A DNA stretch of 64,000 nt, taken from an uncultured Gammaproteobacteria bacterium. Its GTDB lineage: Bacteria; Pseudomonadota; Gammaproteobacteria; JACCXJ01. The stretch spans positions 224,001 through 288,000 of the forward strand of contig CAVXTM010000011.1 in NCBI GenBank assembly GCA_963764725.1, written 5' to 3'. Position numbers and translations under genes: made by a program. The notes under the pieces are model-generated. The model was not told the DNA's origin and made no database searches. It saw only the letters and a program-made list of their open reading frames with translations. This document shows positions 38,124 to 48,379 of the stretch, one piece after another (position 1 is the first letter of the stretch; the number at the start of each line of letters is the position of its first letter).

Positions 38124-39533
38124 TTAGACGCTATAGTACATATCGAACTCGACGGGATGGGTGGTCATGCGCAGGCGCGTCACCTCGTCCATTTTGAGGT
38201 TAATGTATGCATCAATCACATCGTCGGTGAACACGCCTCCGGCCTTTAAGAACCCGCGATCGTTGTCGAGCGCCGCCAGTGCCTGGTCAAACGCATGGCA
38301 AACCTTCGGGATCTCGGCCTCTTCCTCGGGCGGGAGATCGTAGAGGTCCTTGTCCATCGGTTCTCCGGGGTGGATTTTATTGGCGATACCGTCCAAGCCG
38401 GCCATGAGCATTGCCGTAAACGCCAGATAGGGGTTGGCGGTGGAATCCGGAAAGCGTATCTCGAGACGCCTGCCCTTAGGGCTGACGTCGTAAGGGATGC
38501 GTATCGAAGCCGACCGGTTTCGGGCCGAATAGGCGAGCATGACCGGCGCCTCGAAGCCGGGAACGAGCCGTTTGTAACTGTTGGTCGAAGCATTGGTGAT
38601 CGCATTCAGCGCATGAGCGTGTTTGATGATCCCGCCGATATAGAAAAGCGCTGCCTCCGAGAGGCCGGCATACCCGTCGCCCGCAAAGAGATTCTTGCCG
38701 CCTTTCGCTAGGGATTGGTGCACGTGCATGCCATTACCGTTGTCACCGACTAAGGGTTTCGGCATAAACGTCGCGGTTTTTCCATAACCATGCGCAACGT
38801 TGTGGACCACGTATTTCAGAATCTGCAACTCGTCGGCGCGCCGCACCAGCGTATTGAAGCGCGTGCCGATCTCGCACTGACCGGCAGTCGCCACCTCGTG
38901 GTGATGCACCTCGGGCGTGACTCCCATCTTTTCCAGCATGAGGCACATCGATGAGCGTACATCCTGTAAAGAATCGACGGGCGGCACCGGGAAGTAACCG
39001 CCCTTGACGCCCGGGCGATGACCGATGTTGCCCTCAGAGAAGACCTTCTCCGAATTCCAGGAAGACTCTTCCGAATCGATCTTATAGAAAGCGCCGGAAA
39101 TATCCGCCCCCCAGCGCACATCATCGAACACGAAGAACTCCGGTTCCGGTCCAAAATAGGCGGCATCCGCGATCCCGATCGACTTCATGTAAACTTCGGC
39201 GCGTTTGGCCAGAGAGCGCGGGCAGCGCGCGTAACCCTGTCCGGTCAAGGGCTCGATGACATCGCAACGGATAATGAGCGTGGTTTCATCGAAGAATGGA
39301 TCGATGACCGCCGTCTCTGCCTCGGGCATCAACGTCATGTCTGATTCGTTAATGCCCTTCCAACCGGCGATCGATGATCCGTCAAACATCTTACCGTCCT
39401 GGAAAAAACCAGCATCGATAAGCTTCGCGGGTATGGATACATGCTGTTCCTTACCGCGGGTATCGGTAAAACGCAGGTCGACGAATTTGACCTCTTGTTC
39501 TTTTATGAGTGTTAACACCTTATCTGCGGACAT
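38124..39533 (-). CDS. glnA: Glutamine synthetase type I
   Basis: [37 protein letters not shown]. Confidence 0.98.
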   Translation of the reverse strand: MSADKVLTLIKEQEVKFVDLRFTDTRGKEQHVSIPAKLIDAGFFQDGKMFDGSSIAGWKGINESDMTLMPEAETAVIDPFFDETTLIIRCDVIEPLTGQGYARCPRSLAKRAEVYMKSIGIADAAYFGPEPEFFVFDDVRWGADISGAFYKIDSEESSWNSEKVFSEGNIGHRPGVKGGYFPVPPVDSLQDVRSSMCLMLEKMGVTPEVHHHEVATAGQCEIGTRFNTLVRRADELQILKYVVHNVAHGYGKTATFMPKPLVGDNGNGMHVHQSLAKGGKNLFAGDGYAGLSEAALFYIGGIIKHAHALNAITNASTNSYKRLVPGFEAPVMLAYSARNRSASIRIPYDVSPKGRRLEIRFPDSTANPYLAFTAMLMAGLDGIANKIHPGEPMDKDLYDLPPEEEAEIPKVCHAFDQALAALDNDRGFLKAGGVFTDDVIDAYINLKMDEVTRLRMTTHPVEFDMYYSV

Positions 39534-39606
39534 GGGCTCTCCTTATAAAAGAAAATCTCTCGCCGGGCTGAAACTTGGTCATTCGCAGCCTTAATTGTAT
39601 GTGGAG

Positions 39607-39621
39607 GCAGTTTGTGCGCCA
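39607..39621 (-). promoter_or_regulatory. sigma54 promoter of glnA
   Basis: TGGCGCA-CAAA-CTGC (GG-N10-GC) with an upstream NtrC box. Confidence 0.8.
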
Positions 39622-39760
39622 TCCAGTCACTCGCGCGTGCATTATTTTCACACACGCTCGGCCAACGACCGAAGACTACTGCGGTGCGCATTATGACATG
39701 GTATTCGTTCCTCACCGACATCTCTCGGTTCGAGCAGAAGGCTCGGCGCCTATAGACCTC

Positions 39761-39785
39761 AGAACGCACCGGAGTAGTGCGTTCT
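39761..39785. promoter_or_regulatory. NtrC enhancer upstream of glnA
   Basis: AGAACGCAC-CGGAGTA-GTGCGTTCT (GCAC-N7-GTGC in an extended palindrome). Confidence 0.75.
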
Positions 39786-39828
39786 TGAAACATCATGTTC
39801 CGCGAGGAAGCAAATGACTTCATAGCCC

Positions 39829-40491
39829 TCAGCGCCAGCCATAGGCGATCCAGTGTCTATCGGAAACGGGTTCAACGGTGAAGCCACGCAAGCCGGTGCG
39901 GTGGATGTGGGCGCGCACTTCCTCCGGTTCGTAGGCGGCTAAGAGCGAATTGAGAAAATCGCGTTGCAGGATGGGTGGCTCTCCCGCCGCGTATTGATCG
40001 ACGAGGCCCTCGGCCCGTGCGCGGTTCTCGGGCCTGGCAAGGTCCATCGCAAACACACGCCCGCCGCTGCGAGTTAGAGTTTTGGCCGCTTCCCATAGAA
40101 TCAGCGGGTCGCTTAAGTGGTGCAACAAGCTATTCGAAATAACGACGTCATAGGCGGCGCGCAGTCCTGCCCGGTCCGGCAGCCGCTGATGCACCAGACG
40201 TACGCGACCGGTCAAGCCGTCTTGCCGCAAGCGCGCCTGCCCATACTTGAGCATCACCTTGGAGCCATCGACGCCGTCGATCGTCAATTGCGGAAAGGCG
40301 CACGCAAAGCGAGCGGTGACGTCCGCCGGACCACATCCCAAATCGACCGCCGTGCCGTCCGTGGAGCTATGCGGAAACGCAAGCTTGAAATAATCCACGA
40401 AGCGCGAGTGCGGCTCGGAGAAATCGGCCTCCGCATAGGCGCGCGCCTGTGCCTCGTCATCCATAAGCTCGGGTTCCGGGATCCGGTCCAT
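39829..40491 (-). CDS. Class I SAM-dependent methyltransferase
   Basis: VDLGCGPAD, GVDGS, ISNSLLHH. Confidence 0.88.
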   Translation of the reverse strand: MDRIPEPELMDDEAQARAYAEADFSEPHSRFVDYFKLAFPHSSTDGTAVDLGCGPADVTARFACAFPQLTIDGVDGSKVMLKYGQARLRQDGLTGRVRLVHQRLPDRAGLRAAYDVVISNSLLHHLSDPLILWEAAKTLTRSGGRVFAMDLARPENRARAEGLVDQYAAGEPPILQRDFLNSLLAAYEPEEVRAHIHRTGLRGFTVEPVSDRHWIAYGWR

Positions 40492-41741
40492 CAGCAAAGC
40501 GGCGCGATGCTCTCACCCGCCATCAAATCAGCGATGAGCTCCCGCTTGCGCGCGAGGTGCGGATGAGCTCCGTCCACCAGGATTTCGGCGGCGCGGGGAC
40601 GCGAGTTGTAGGTCGAGCTCATGCTGAAACCGTAGGCCCCGGCGGTACGGACGGCGAGCAGATCTCCGGGCGCGACGGCGAGCGAACGGTCACGCCCGAG
40701 GAAATCGCCGGTCTCGCACACGGGTCCCACGATGTCGTAGATCGCTTCGGCCCGCGCGTGCTTTTCTACCGGACTGATCTCTTGCCAAGCGTCGTAAAGG
40801 GCCGGCCGAATAAGATCGTTCATGGCCGCATCCACCACAGCAAAGTGCCTATCGCCGACGCGTTTGAGATACTCCACGCGCGTGAGCAACACCCCAGCGG
40901 GGCCGGCTACTGCCCGGCCCGGCTCGATGATCACCGCGTATTTGCGGTCGCGGAGCCGTGAGGCGATCGCCTGCCCATAGTCCGCGGGGCCCGGCGGCGA
41001 TTCATCGCGGTAGCGCACGCCCAACCCGCCGCCGAGGTCCAGATGCTGCAGCGCTATACCCTCACCTACGAGCGCATCAGCGAGAATCAACAGACGTTCC
41101 AAGGCCTGAAGCATGGGTTCCATGGAGGTGATCTGCGATCCGATATGATAAGCGATCCCGCGTATTTCCAGGTGCTCTAGCGCAGCCGCCCGCCGATAGG
41201 CCGCGACGGCCTCATCAGCGGCAACGCCGAATTTGTGAGCACTCTGTCCAGTTGAAATGTAAGGGTGCGTATCGGCGGCTATATCGGGATTGACGCGAAT
41301 CGCGATCGGAGCGCGACGGTTCATGGACGCGGCTACCTGATTCAAGCGTTCAAGCTCCGCGACCGATTCGACGTTAAAACAATGGATCCCTACATCGAGC
41401 GCCCGGCGCATTTCATCCGCGCGTTTACCCACCCCAGCGAACACGATGCGATCGGGATCTCCCCGCGCGCATAACACCCGTTCCAACTCGCCGCCGGAAA
41501 CGATGTCGAATCCCGAGCCCAGGCGCGCCAAGATGTTCAAGATCGCAAGATTGGAATTGGCCTTGACCGCATAGCAGACGAGGTGCGGATGGGGACGGAG
41601 GGAGTGCTCGAATGCGCGCCAGGCGGTTTCGATCGCCGCGCGCGAGTAGATGTAGCATGGAGTACCAAAGCGCGCCGCAATCTCGGCCAGAGGCACGTCC
41701 TCCGCATAAAGTTCATTACCGCGGTAGCTAAATGCGTCCAT
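40491..41741 (-). CDS. lysA: Diaminopimelate decarboxylase
   Basis: YAVKANSN, HIGSQ, DLGGG, IEPGR, GPVCETGD, YNSRPR. Confidence 0.97.
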   Translation of the reverse strand: MDAFSYRGNELYAEDVPLAEIAARFGTPCYIYSRAAIETAWRAFEHSLRPHPHLVCYAVKANSNLAILNILARLGSGFDIVSGGELERVLCARGDPDRIVFAGVGKRADEMRRALDVGIHCFNVESVAELERLNQVAASMNRRAPIAIRVNPDIAADTHPYISTGQSAHKFGVAADEAVAAYRRAAALEHLEIRGIAYHIGSQITSMEPMLQALERLLILADALVGEGIALQHLDLGGGLGVRYRDESPPGPADYGQAIASRLRDRKYAVIIEPGRAVAGPAGVLLTRVEYLKRVGDRHFAVVDAAMNDLIRPALYDAWQEISPVEKHARAEAIYDIVGPVCETGDFLGRDRSLAVAPGDLLAVRTAGAYGFSMSSTYNSRPRAAEILVDGAHPHLARKRELIADLMAGESIAPLC

Positions 41742-41862
41742 GCTGTTCGATCTTTTCCGGTTTATCGGGCAAATACAGGGGACCCTTTTGGCCGCAACCT
41801 GAATTGGTTAAGACGAGCAATAACATGAGTATAAATCCGGCGGTGCGGCTGAAGGATTTCAT
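41728..41862 (-). CDS. lptM: Small lipoprotein LptM (YifL/LppL family), 44 aa
   Basis: Not in ORF track. MKSFSRTAGFILMLLLVLTNSG-CGQKGPLYLP; signature motif and position upstream of lysA. Confidence 0.85.
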   Translation of the reverse strand: MKSFSRTAGFILMLLLVLTNSGCGQKGPLYLPDKPEKIEQHGRI

Positions 41863-41937
41863 ACGGAGCTATTTCCCCATCCGGTTCGAAGCATTACGAT
41901 AGCCGGCCCGAGTGGTTCACTCCGCCGGGCGTGCGTA

Positions 41938-43194
41938 TCAGCGGTTGGTTGGAGCCGTTCGCCGAACCCCTGGAGGGCGGCGCGCCCGCGGGCGCCGGCT
42001 TCGCGGCATTTTGGTCATGGAAGGCGCCAATATCTGGGTGTCGACGCGCACCACCGGGATCTTGTGGCCGATGAAGTCTTCAATCTCGGGTAAGGAATAG
42101 ACATACTCTTCGCAAGCGAAGCTGATCGCATCCCCGCTGGCACCCCCCCGCGCCGTACGCCCGATCCGGTGGACGTAATCCTCGGCATTTTGCGGCAGAT
42201 CGAAATTAATGACATGACTGACGTCGGGAATGTGTAATCCACGCGCAGCCACGTCGGTGGCGATCAATGTCGGTAGCTCGCCGCGCGCGAAGCGGCCAAG
42301 CAACGCTTGGCGCTGTTTCTGCGGTACGTCACCCGATAGAGCCTTTCCCGCAAGCCCGTTGGCATTGAGAGTAATAGACACCATCTCGGCCCCACGCTTG
42401 GTATTGACGAAGACCAAAACGCGCGGCGATTTAATCTGCTGCAATAGACCCAACAGCAACGCTAGCTTGTCCTTGCTCTCGATATGGTAGAGCCGCTGCA
42501 CCACCTGGTCGACGGTGACCTTGTCCGGGTTGATGACCACGATATGAGGGTTGTTCATGTGCTCGTAGGCCAGCTCGTGGACCCGCCACGACAATGTAGC
42601 TGAGAACAGCAGGGTGAGTCGCTCGGGCGGCGGCGGCATGCGCCGCAATAAGAATCTAATATCGCGGATAAAGCCGAGATCAAACATGGCATCGGCCTCA
42701 TCGAGCACCATGACCTCGACGGCGCGAAAATCGACCGCCCGTTGCTTGTGGTAATCTATCAGACGGCCGGGCGTGGCGATGAGCAGATCCGGCTTTTCCC
42801 CGAGCGCTGCTCGCTGCTTTTCGTAATCGACCCCGCCGTAGACCAAGGCGGTGCGGAGTGCGGTAAAGCGGCTGATGAGCAAGGCATCTTGGTGAATTTG
42901 GAGGACCAACTCACGCGTAGGCGCCACAACCACCGCGCGCGGCTGATTCGGCTTGCGATTCGGCGCGGGAGCGACGCATAAAAGCCTGTGCATCGCCGCG
43001 AGCAAGAAAGCGATGGTCTTGCCGGTACCTGTCTGTGCCTGCCCCGCCACATCCTGTCCGTCGAGCGCCAGTGGCAGAGTTTGCGCTTGGATCGGCGTAC
43101 AACATGTGAACCCGGCGTTGTTTAACCCATCGAGCAGGCCCTGGGAAAGCCCAAGTTCGGCGAACGTAAGGTGCGTGAGATGCGTTTTCTCCAT
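41938..43194 (-). CDS. rhlB: DEAD-box RNA helicase RhlB
   Basis: AQTGTGKT, PTREL, DEAD, SAT, HRIGRT. Divergent from trxA; start adjusted to MEKTH. Confidence 0.92.
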   Translation of the reverse strand: MEKTHLTHLTFAELGLSQGLLDGLNNAGFTCCTPIQAQTLPLALDGQDVAGQAQTGTGKTIAFLLAAMHRLLCVAPAPNRKPNQPRAVVVAPTRELVLQIHQDALLISRFTALRTALVYGGVDYEKQRAALGEKPDLLIATPGRLIDYHKQRAVDFRAVEVMVLDEADAMFDLGFIRDIRFLLRRMPPPPERLTLLFSATLSWRVHELAYEHMNNPHIVVINPDKVTVDQVVQRLYHIESKDKLALLLGLLQQIKSPRVLVFVNTKRGAEMVSITLNANGLAGKALSGDVPQKQRQALLGRFARGELPTLIATDVAARGLHIPDVSHVINFDLPQNAEDYVHRIGRTARGGASGDAISFACEEYVYSLPEIEDFIGHKIPVVRVDTQILAPSMTKMPRSRRPRARRPPGVRRTAPTNR

Positions 43195-43291
43195 CGTGCT
43201 AGTAATATTCCTGGCCTTGCAATCAGCGCGTATTAGCCTAAGAATGTCATTGTAGCCCATCGCCTGATGACGCAATATAATAGAGCAACTC

Positions 43292-43618
43292 ATGAGCGTT
43301 AATGTCGTCCATGTAACCGATACGAGCTTCGACGAAGAAGTGTTAAGATCCGATGTGCCAGTATTGGTGGATTATTGGGCACAATGGTGCGCGCCCTGCC
43401 GGATGATCGCCCCGATCCTCGATGAGATCTCCGAAGAGTACAAATCCAAGCTTAAGGTGGCCAAGCTCAATATCGACGAAAATCCGCTGACACCGCCCAA
43501 GTATGGCATTCGCGGAATTCCCACCTTGATGATGTTCAGAGAGGGGAACGTCGAGGCCACGAAGGTCGGTGCGTTATCGAAATCTCAGTTGGCGGCCTTT
43601 ATCAGCAGTTACATTTAG
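43292..43618 (+). CDS. trxA: Thioredoxin
   Basis: WCAPC active site; rhlB-trxA-rho synteny. Confidence 0.95.
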   Translation: MSVNVVHVTDTSFDEEVLRSDVPVLVDYWAQWCAPCRMIAPILDEISEEYKSKLKVAKLNIDENPLTPPKYGIRGIPTLMMFREGNVEATKVGALSKSQLAAFISSYI

Positions 43619-43805
43619 CGCCTGTCTTACAACATCTGGCTCTTTTGAGGAATGCCTATGCAAGGCTAGACGGCATATTATCTGCGTGCTAAATTATCAT
43701 TGCAGCTAGGCGCACCTCTAAGCACTCCTTCCTAACGTTAGCTTTTCGTTGTAACACCACCGGGAGGCGATTCACGTTCATCGCTTCCCCCTCACATCAG
43801 GGATT

Positions 43806-45062
43806 ATGAATCTAACAGAGCTTAAGCTAAAACCCGTATCGGAACTCATCGAGATCGGCGAAGGCATGGGTCTCGAAGGCGTGGCGCGCTCGCGCAAGCA
43901 GGACGTCATCTTCGGGATCCTCAAGGCGCACGCTAAGAAAGGCGAGGATATCTCCGGAAACGGCGTGTTGGAGATCCTCCAGGACGGGTTCGGCTTCCTG
44001 CGCTCCGCCGATAGTTCCTACCTCGCGGGTCCCGACGATATTTACGTCTCGCCGAGTCAGATCCGGCGATTCAACCTGCGCACCGGCGACACGATCTCGG
44101 GGAAAATCCGGCCGCCGAAGGACGGCGAACGCTACTTCGCGCTTCTCAAGGTCAACGAGATTAACTTCGAACCCCCGGAGGCGGCCAAGAATAAGGTTCT
44201 GTTCGAAAACCTCACCCCGCTGTTCGCGCACGAACGGCTCAAGCTCGAGATCGGCAACGGCACCACCGAGGACCTGACGCCGCGTGTCATCGATCTCGTT
44301 GCGCCGATCGGACGGGGCCAGCGAGGTCTCATCGTATCACCGCCTAAAGCGGGCAAGACTGTGATGCTGCAAAGCATCGCCCACTCGCTTGCGCTCAATC
44401 ATCCGGACTGCTACCTCATGGTCCTACTGATCGACGAGCGTCCGGAGGAAGTCACGGAGATGGAGCGCTCCGTGAAGGGTGAAGTCATCTCGAGCACCTT
44501 CGATGAACCCGCTACCCGTCACGTGCAAGTGGCGGAAATGGTCATCGAGAAAGCCAAGCGTTTAGTCGAGCACAAAATCGACGTGGTGATTTTGCTCGAC
44601 TCGATCACGCGCCTGGCGCGCGCGTACAATACCGTCGTTCCGGCCTCGGGCAAGGTGTTGACCGGCGGCGTGGACGCCAACGCCTTGCAAAAACCCAAGC
44701 GCTTCTTCGGGGCCGCCAGAAAGATCGAGGAAGGCGGGAGCTTGACGATTATCGCTACTGCCCTGATCGACACCGGCTCGCGTATGGACGATGTGATCTA
44801 CGAGGAATTCAAAGGCACCGGGAATATGGAGATCCATCTCGACCGCAGGATCTACGAGAAACGCATTTTCCCGGCGATCAACATCAACCGCTCGGGGACA
44901 CGCCGAGAAGAATTGCTGACGGACAGTGATGAGCTGCAAAAGATGTGGATCCTGCGCAAGCTCCTCAACCCTATGGACGAGGTGGCGGCTATGGAGTTTC
45001 TATTGGAGCGGCTCAAGGCTACGAAGACCAATCCTGAGTTCTTTGATTCGATGCGGCGGTGA
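43806..45062 (+). CDS. rho: Transcription termination factor Rho
   Basis: [28 protein letters not shown]. Confidence 0.98.
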   Translation: MNLTELKLKPVSELIEIGEGMGLEGVARSRKQDVIFGILKAHAKKGEDISGNGVLEILQDGFGFLRSADSSYLAGPDDIYVSPSQIRRFNLRTGDTISGKIRPPKDGERYFALLKVNEINFEPPEAAKNKVLFENLTPLFAHERLKLEIGNGTTEDLTPRVIDLVAPIGRGQRGLIVSPPKAGKTVMLQSIAHSLALNHPDCYLMVLLIDERPEEVTEMERSVKGEVISSTFDEPATRHVQVAEMVIEKAKRLVEHKIDVVILLDSITRLARAYNTVVPASGKVLTGGVDANALQKPKRFFGAARKIEEGGSLTIIATALIDTGSRMDDVIYEEFKGTGNMEIHLDRRIYEKRIFPAININRSGTRREELLTDSDELQKMWILRKLLNPMDEVAAMEFLLERLKATKTNPEFFDSMRR

Positions 45063-45131
45063 GGCACCGCCGGTTTTAGATTTATCCCCCGCCGCCTTGC
45101 CGCGGGTACCGTAGCAATGAGGTTTCCAAAG

Positions 45132-46328
45132 TTAATCCCGCGACGCTTCGGCTTGATAATAGCGCATTAAAATCGCCGCGACCTCGGGGCGTGCGAACTC
45201 CTGCGGTAGAGCTTGTCCCGCCGCCAGCATCTCCCGCACCTTGGTCCCGGAGAGCTGCACGAAGTCGGCTTCGGTATGGTCAGGGGCATCGCGCATCATG
45301 ACCACGCGGTTCAGTTTCCTGGAATAGGCGGTATTATCGGCGCCGAAGATCTTGATCCGCAGGGCATCCGGAGGAACTTCATCGTCGAAGATCTTTTGCG
45401 CGTCGAAGGGCCCGTAGAACTTGCCGACACCGGCGTGATCGCGTCCGACAATAAGGTGCGAGCAGCCAGCGTTCTGGCGGAAGATTGCGTGCAGCACGGC
45501 TTCGCGCGGTCCCGCATAGAGCATATCGAAGCCGTAGCCCGTAACCATGACGCTGTTCGGCGGGAAGTACAACTCCACCATCTTGCGTATAGCGGCATCG
45601 CGCACGGGGGCCGGGATATCGCCGTCCTTCAGCTTGCCGAGCAGCATGTGGATGAGCACACCATCGGCGGCCACGGCTTCCCGCGCCATCTTGCATAATT
45701 CCTCATGGGCGCGATGCATCGGATTGCGGGTCTGAAACGCCACCACGGTCTGCCAGCCATGTTCCTGGATCTCGTTGCGGATCTCGATCGCGGTGCGGAA
45801 GGTATCGGGAAAATCGGTCTGAAAATAACTGAAATTCAGCACCTCGATGGGACCCGAGACGGCAAAGCGGCCGAGCGCGCCGAACGTGGCGGCGCCGGGA
45901 TGCGAAGGATCCACGGTCCGGAATACTTTCTCGCAGATAAACCGCTGTTGGTCTGGAGTGAGCTCCTCGATGGCGGCGACCTCTTGGATCGCGAGGACCG
46001 GATGGCCATCGACATTGGGGTCGCGCAGGGCAATGCGCCGCGCGCCTTCGATGGAGCTGACGTCGGGTGTGAGATTCAGACAGGGTACTGGCCAAAACAA
46101 CCCCGCGCCCGTATGCATGCGTTCCGCGACACCCATCGCATCGGCTGCGTTCATGTAGCCCGTCAAGGGCGTAAAGTAACCCGCTCCGAGCATGACGGCG
46201 TTGGCGGCCGCCGCCGAATTCAAGAGCAGCGACGGCATGCCTTCGGCCTCGCGTTGCAGTCCGTGATGGCGCGCTACATCGTACACGAACAACGGTGTCA
46301 GGGCTTCAGAGCCATGGGGTCTTATCAT
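45132..46328 (-). CDS. sat: Sulfate adenylyltransferase (ATP sulfurylase), sulfur-oxidiser type
   Basis: AFQTRNPMHRAH, YAGPREA, GRDHAGVG, SGTKVR. Start at MIRPHG. Confidence 0.95.
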   Translation of the reverse strand: MIRPHGSEALTPLFVYDVARHHGLQREAEGMPSLLLNSAAAANAVMLGAGYFTPLTGYMNAADAMGVAERMHTGAGLFWPVPCLNLTPDVSSIEGARRIALRDPNVDGHPVLAIQEVAAIEELTPDQQRFICEKVFRTVDPSHPGAATFGALGRFAVSGPIEVLNFSYFQTDFPDTFRTAIEIRNEIQEHGWQTVVAFQTRNPMHRAHEELCKMAREAVAADGVLIHMLLGKLKDGDIPAPVRDAAIRKMVELYFPPNSVMVTGYGFDMLYAGPREAVLHAIFRQNAGCSHLIVGRDHAGVGKFYGPFDAQKIFDDEVPPDALRIKIFGADNTAYSRKLNRVVMMRDAPDHTEADFVQLSGTKVREMLAAGQALPQEFARPEVAAILMRYYQAEASRD

Positions 46329-46427
46329 CGTGATCTCCCGAAGGTGTATGGGTATGAATGCGGTCGAGCCGGTTCCGCGCCCGCCGGAACGCGAGATTCC
46401 GAGCGCAGCAGATTTTTTCACAAGCTC

Positions 46428-47063
46428 TCAGCGTTCCATGCCGGCGCTCGCGGACGGCCGATCCTCAGCGGCGGCGCCGGGAGCCGGGCGGCGCTGCACG
46501 AACGTAGCCTCGGCTCCGTGTTTGACGATGTCGCCTACGTGAAATCTGAAAACACCGCTGCGCCGGTCTTGATAATAAAAACGCAGCGTGTGCAAAATGG
46601 TGGGGAATGCCAGCCGATCCCAGGGCACGCCGGGCTCATCGAAGAGTTCAACCTCAAGGCTTTCGCTCCCCGGGAAAAAGTCCAGATCGAGCACGCGCGA
46701 GCGGAACATCATGTAGACCTGGTTGGCGTGGGGGAGATTGAAGAGCGCGAATAGACCGAGTACCTCCACCCGCGCGTTGGCTTCTTCGTGCGTCTCCCGG
46801 ATCGCGGCTTCGAGCGAGGTCTCGTCATTTTCCATAAAGCCCGCCGGCAGCGTCCAAAGCCCATAGCGGGGTTCGATGGCGCGGCGGCAGAGCAACACCT
46901 GATTCCCCCATTCGGCGATACATCCCGCGACAATCTTCGGATTCTGGTAATGAATACTACCGCAGGCTTCACACATGTGGCGCGGCCGATTATCACCGAG
47001 CGGGATCTTGCGAGTGAGGCCGGTGCCGCAGTTGCTACAGTACTTCATGGGGGGGCCGGGCAT
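46428..47063 (-). CDS. NUDIX hydrolase with N-terminal Zn ribbon
   Basis: CSNCG...CEACG; PAGFMENDETSLEAAIRETHEEA. Confidence 0.92.
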   Translation of the reverse strand: MPGPPMKYCSNCGTGLTRKIPLGDNRPRHMCEACGSIHYQNPKIVAGCIAEWGNQVLLCRRAIEPRYGLWTLPAGFMENDETSLEAAIRETHEEANARVEVLGLFALFNLPHANQVYMMFRSRVLDLDFFPGSESLEVELFDEPGVPWDRLAFPTILHTLRFYYQDRRSGVFRFHVGDIVKHGAEATFVQRRPAPGAAAEDRPSASAGMER

Positions 47064-47085
47064 GTTGCGTAGCGATGTTGAGCGA

Positions 47086-47709
47086 TTACAGCAGCGGTTG
47101 CAAGCTTGGCCAGATATTATCGAGCATCAAGGCCTGAGCCTCGCGCTTGGGATGTATGCCATCCTCTTGCATGAACCGCGGATTTTCGGCGAACCCCTGC
47201 AGTATAAAGGGGCTAGCCGGCAATGCGTACTCCTTGGCGAGATCCTCGTACACAGCGCGGAACCGCTGAGTAAACACAAGGCCGTAGTTCTCCGGCAGGC
47301 GCATGGGTATCAATAACACCTTGGCATCGTGCGCGCGCGATGTTTCAATGATCGCAGCCAGGTTTTCCCGCAGATGCTCAAGCGCTAATCCGCGCAGACC
47401 GTCGTTGGCGCCGAGCTCGATGATGACGATGGCGGGAGTATGTTGCGTTAATAGCTTATCGAGCCGGGTCAATGCGCCGCCCGTGGTCTCGCCGCTGATA
47501 CTGGCGTTCACTACCCGGTAGGAGTGACCCGCTGCCGTTATGCGTTGCTGCAACTTCGCAACCCAACCCTGGTCAACGTCGATACCATAAGCTGCGCTTA
47601 AGCTATCACCCACAACGAGAATCGCAGGCGCCTTTGCGGGGGCCGCCATGGCCCACAGACACAGCGCAGCCAAAGCCAACCACGGTGCACTATTGAACAA
47701 CGTCATCAT
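47086..47709 (-). CDS. tesA: GDSL/SGNH arylesterase-thioesterase TesA
   Basis: GDSLS, NASISGETT, ELGANDG, DGIHP. Confidence 0.92.
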   Translation of the reverse strand: MMTLFNSAPWLALAALCLWAMAAPAKAPAILVVGDSLSAAYGIDVDQGWVAKLQQRITAAGHSYRVVNASISGETTGGALTRLDKLLTQHTPAIVIIELGANDGLRGLALEHLRENLAAIIETSRAHDAKVLLIPMRLPENYGLVFTQRFRAVYEDLAKEYALPASPFILQGFAENPRFMQEDGIHPKREAQALMLDNIWPSLQPLL

Positions 47710-48376
47710 TCAGGCCGAAGGTCTGTCAAAACAGATTGCGAGCCCCGAAGGGCTGCTTACCATACTCGATGATATCAGTTTTTCCATGCGGCGTTCCGAG
47801 ACCCTCGCGGTGGTCGGCGCTTCGGGGTCCGGCAAGTCGACGCTGCTCGGCTTGCTCGCCGGTCTCGACACGCCGACCGCAGGCAGGGTCGTGCTCGATG
47901 GCACCGACCTCAACACCCTGGACGAAGACGGCCGCTCGCGCTGGCGTGCGCATCGCGTGGGCTTCGTCTTTCAAGCGTTTCACTTGCTGCCGAGCCTCAC
48001 GGCCCTGGAGAATGTGATGTTGCCGCTGGAGCTCGCGCTTCAGCGGGACCCGGCCGGCGCCGCGCGCTCGGCGCTCGATCGCGTTGGACTTGCCCAACGC
48101 TTGGGGCATTATCCGCACCAACTGTCCGGGGGCGAACAGCAGCGGGTCGCGATCGCACGCGCCTTCGCATCGCGGCCGCGCATGCTTTTCGCCGACGAGC
48201 CTACGGGGAATCTCGACCGCAAGACCGGAGCGGTGGTCGGAAATCTCCTCTTCGCGCTCCGCGAGGAAGCCGGGACGACCCTGGTTCTGGTGACGCATGA
48301 GGAGACGCTCGCGGACCATTGCGAACAGCGCTTGACCCTCGAGATGGGCCGGCTGATGAGATCCGAGGAGGTGTAG
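47648..48376 (+). CDS. ybbA: ABC transporter ATP-binding protein YbbA (true start probably ~47693)
   Basis: GASGSGKST, LSGGEQQR, ADEPTGNLD; divergent from tesA. Confidence 0.9.
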   Translation: MAHRHSAAKANHGALLNNVIIQAEGLSKQIASPEGLLTILDDISFSMRRSETLAVVGASGSGKSTLLGLLAGLDTPTAGRVVLDGTDLNTLDEDGRSRWRAHRVGFVFQAFHLLPSLTALENVMLPLELALQRDPAGAARSALDRVGLAQRLGHYPHQLSGGEQQRVAIARAFASRPRMLFADEPTGNLDRKTGAVVGNLLFALREEAGTTLVLVTHEETLADHCEQRLTLEMGRLMRSEEV

Positions 48377-48379
48377 GGT

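Noticed and set aside
43195-43293. N-terminal extension of rhlB in the ORF track
   Set aside because: It spans the divergent rhlB/trxA promoter region; homology begins at MEKTHLT.
45705-46754. 349-aa plus-strand ORF (and similar shadow ORFs in ybbP)
   Set aside because: GC-rich antisense or alternate-frame shadows of sat/NUDIX and ybbP.
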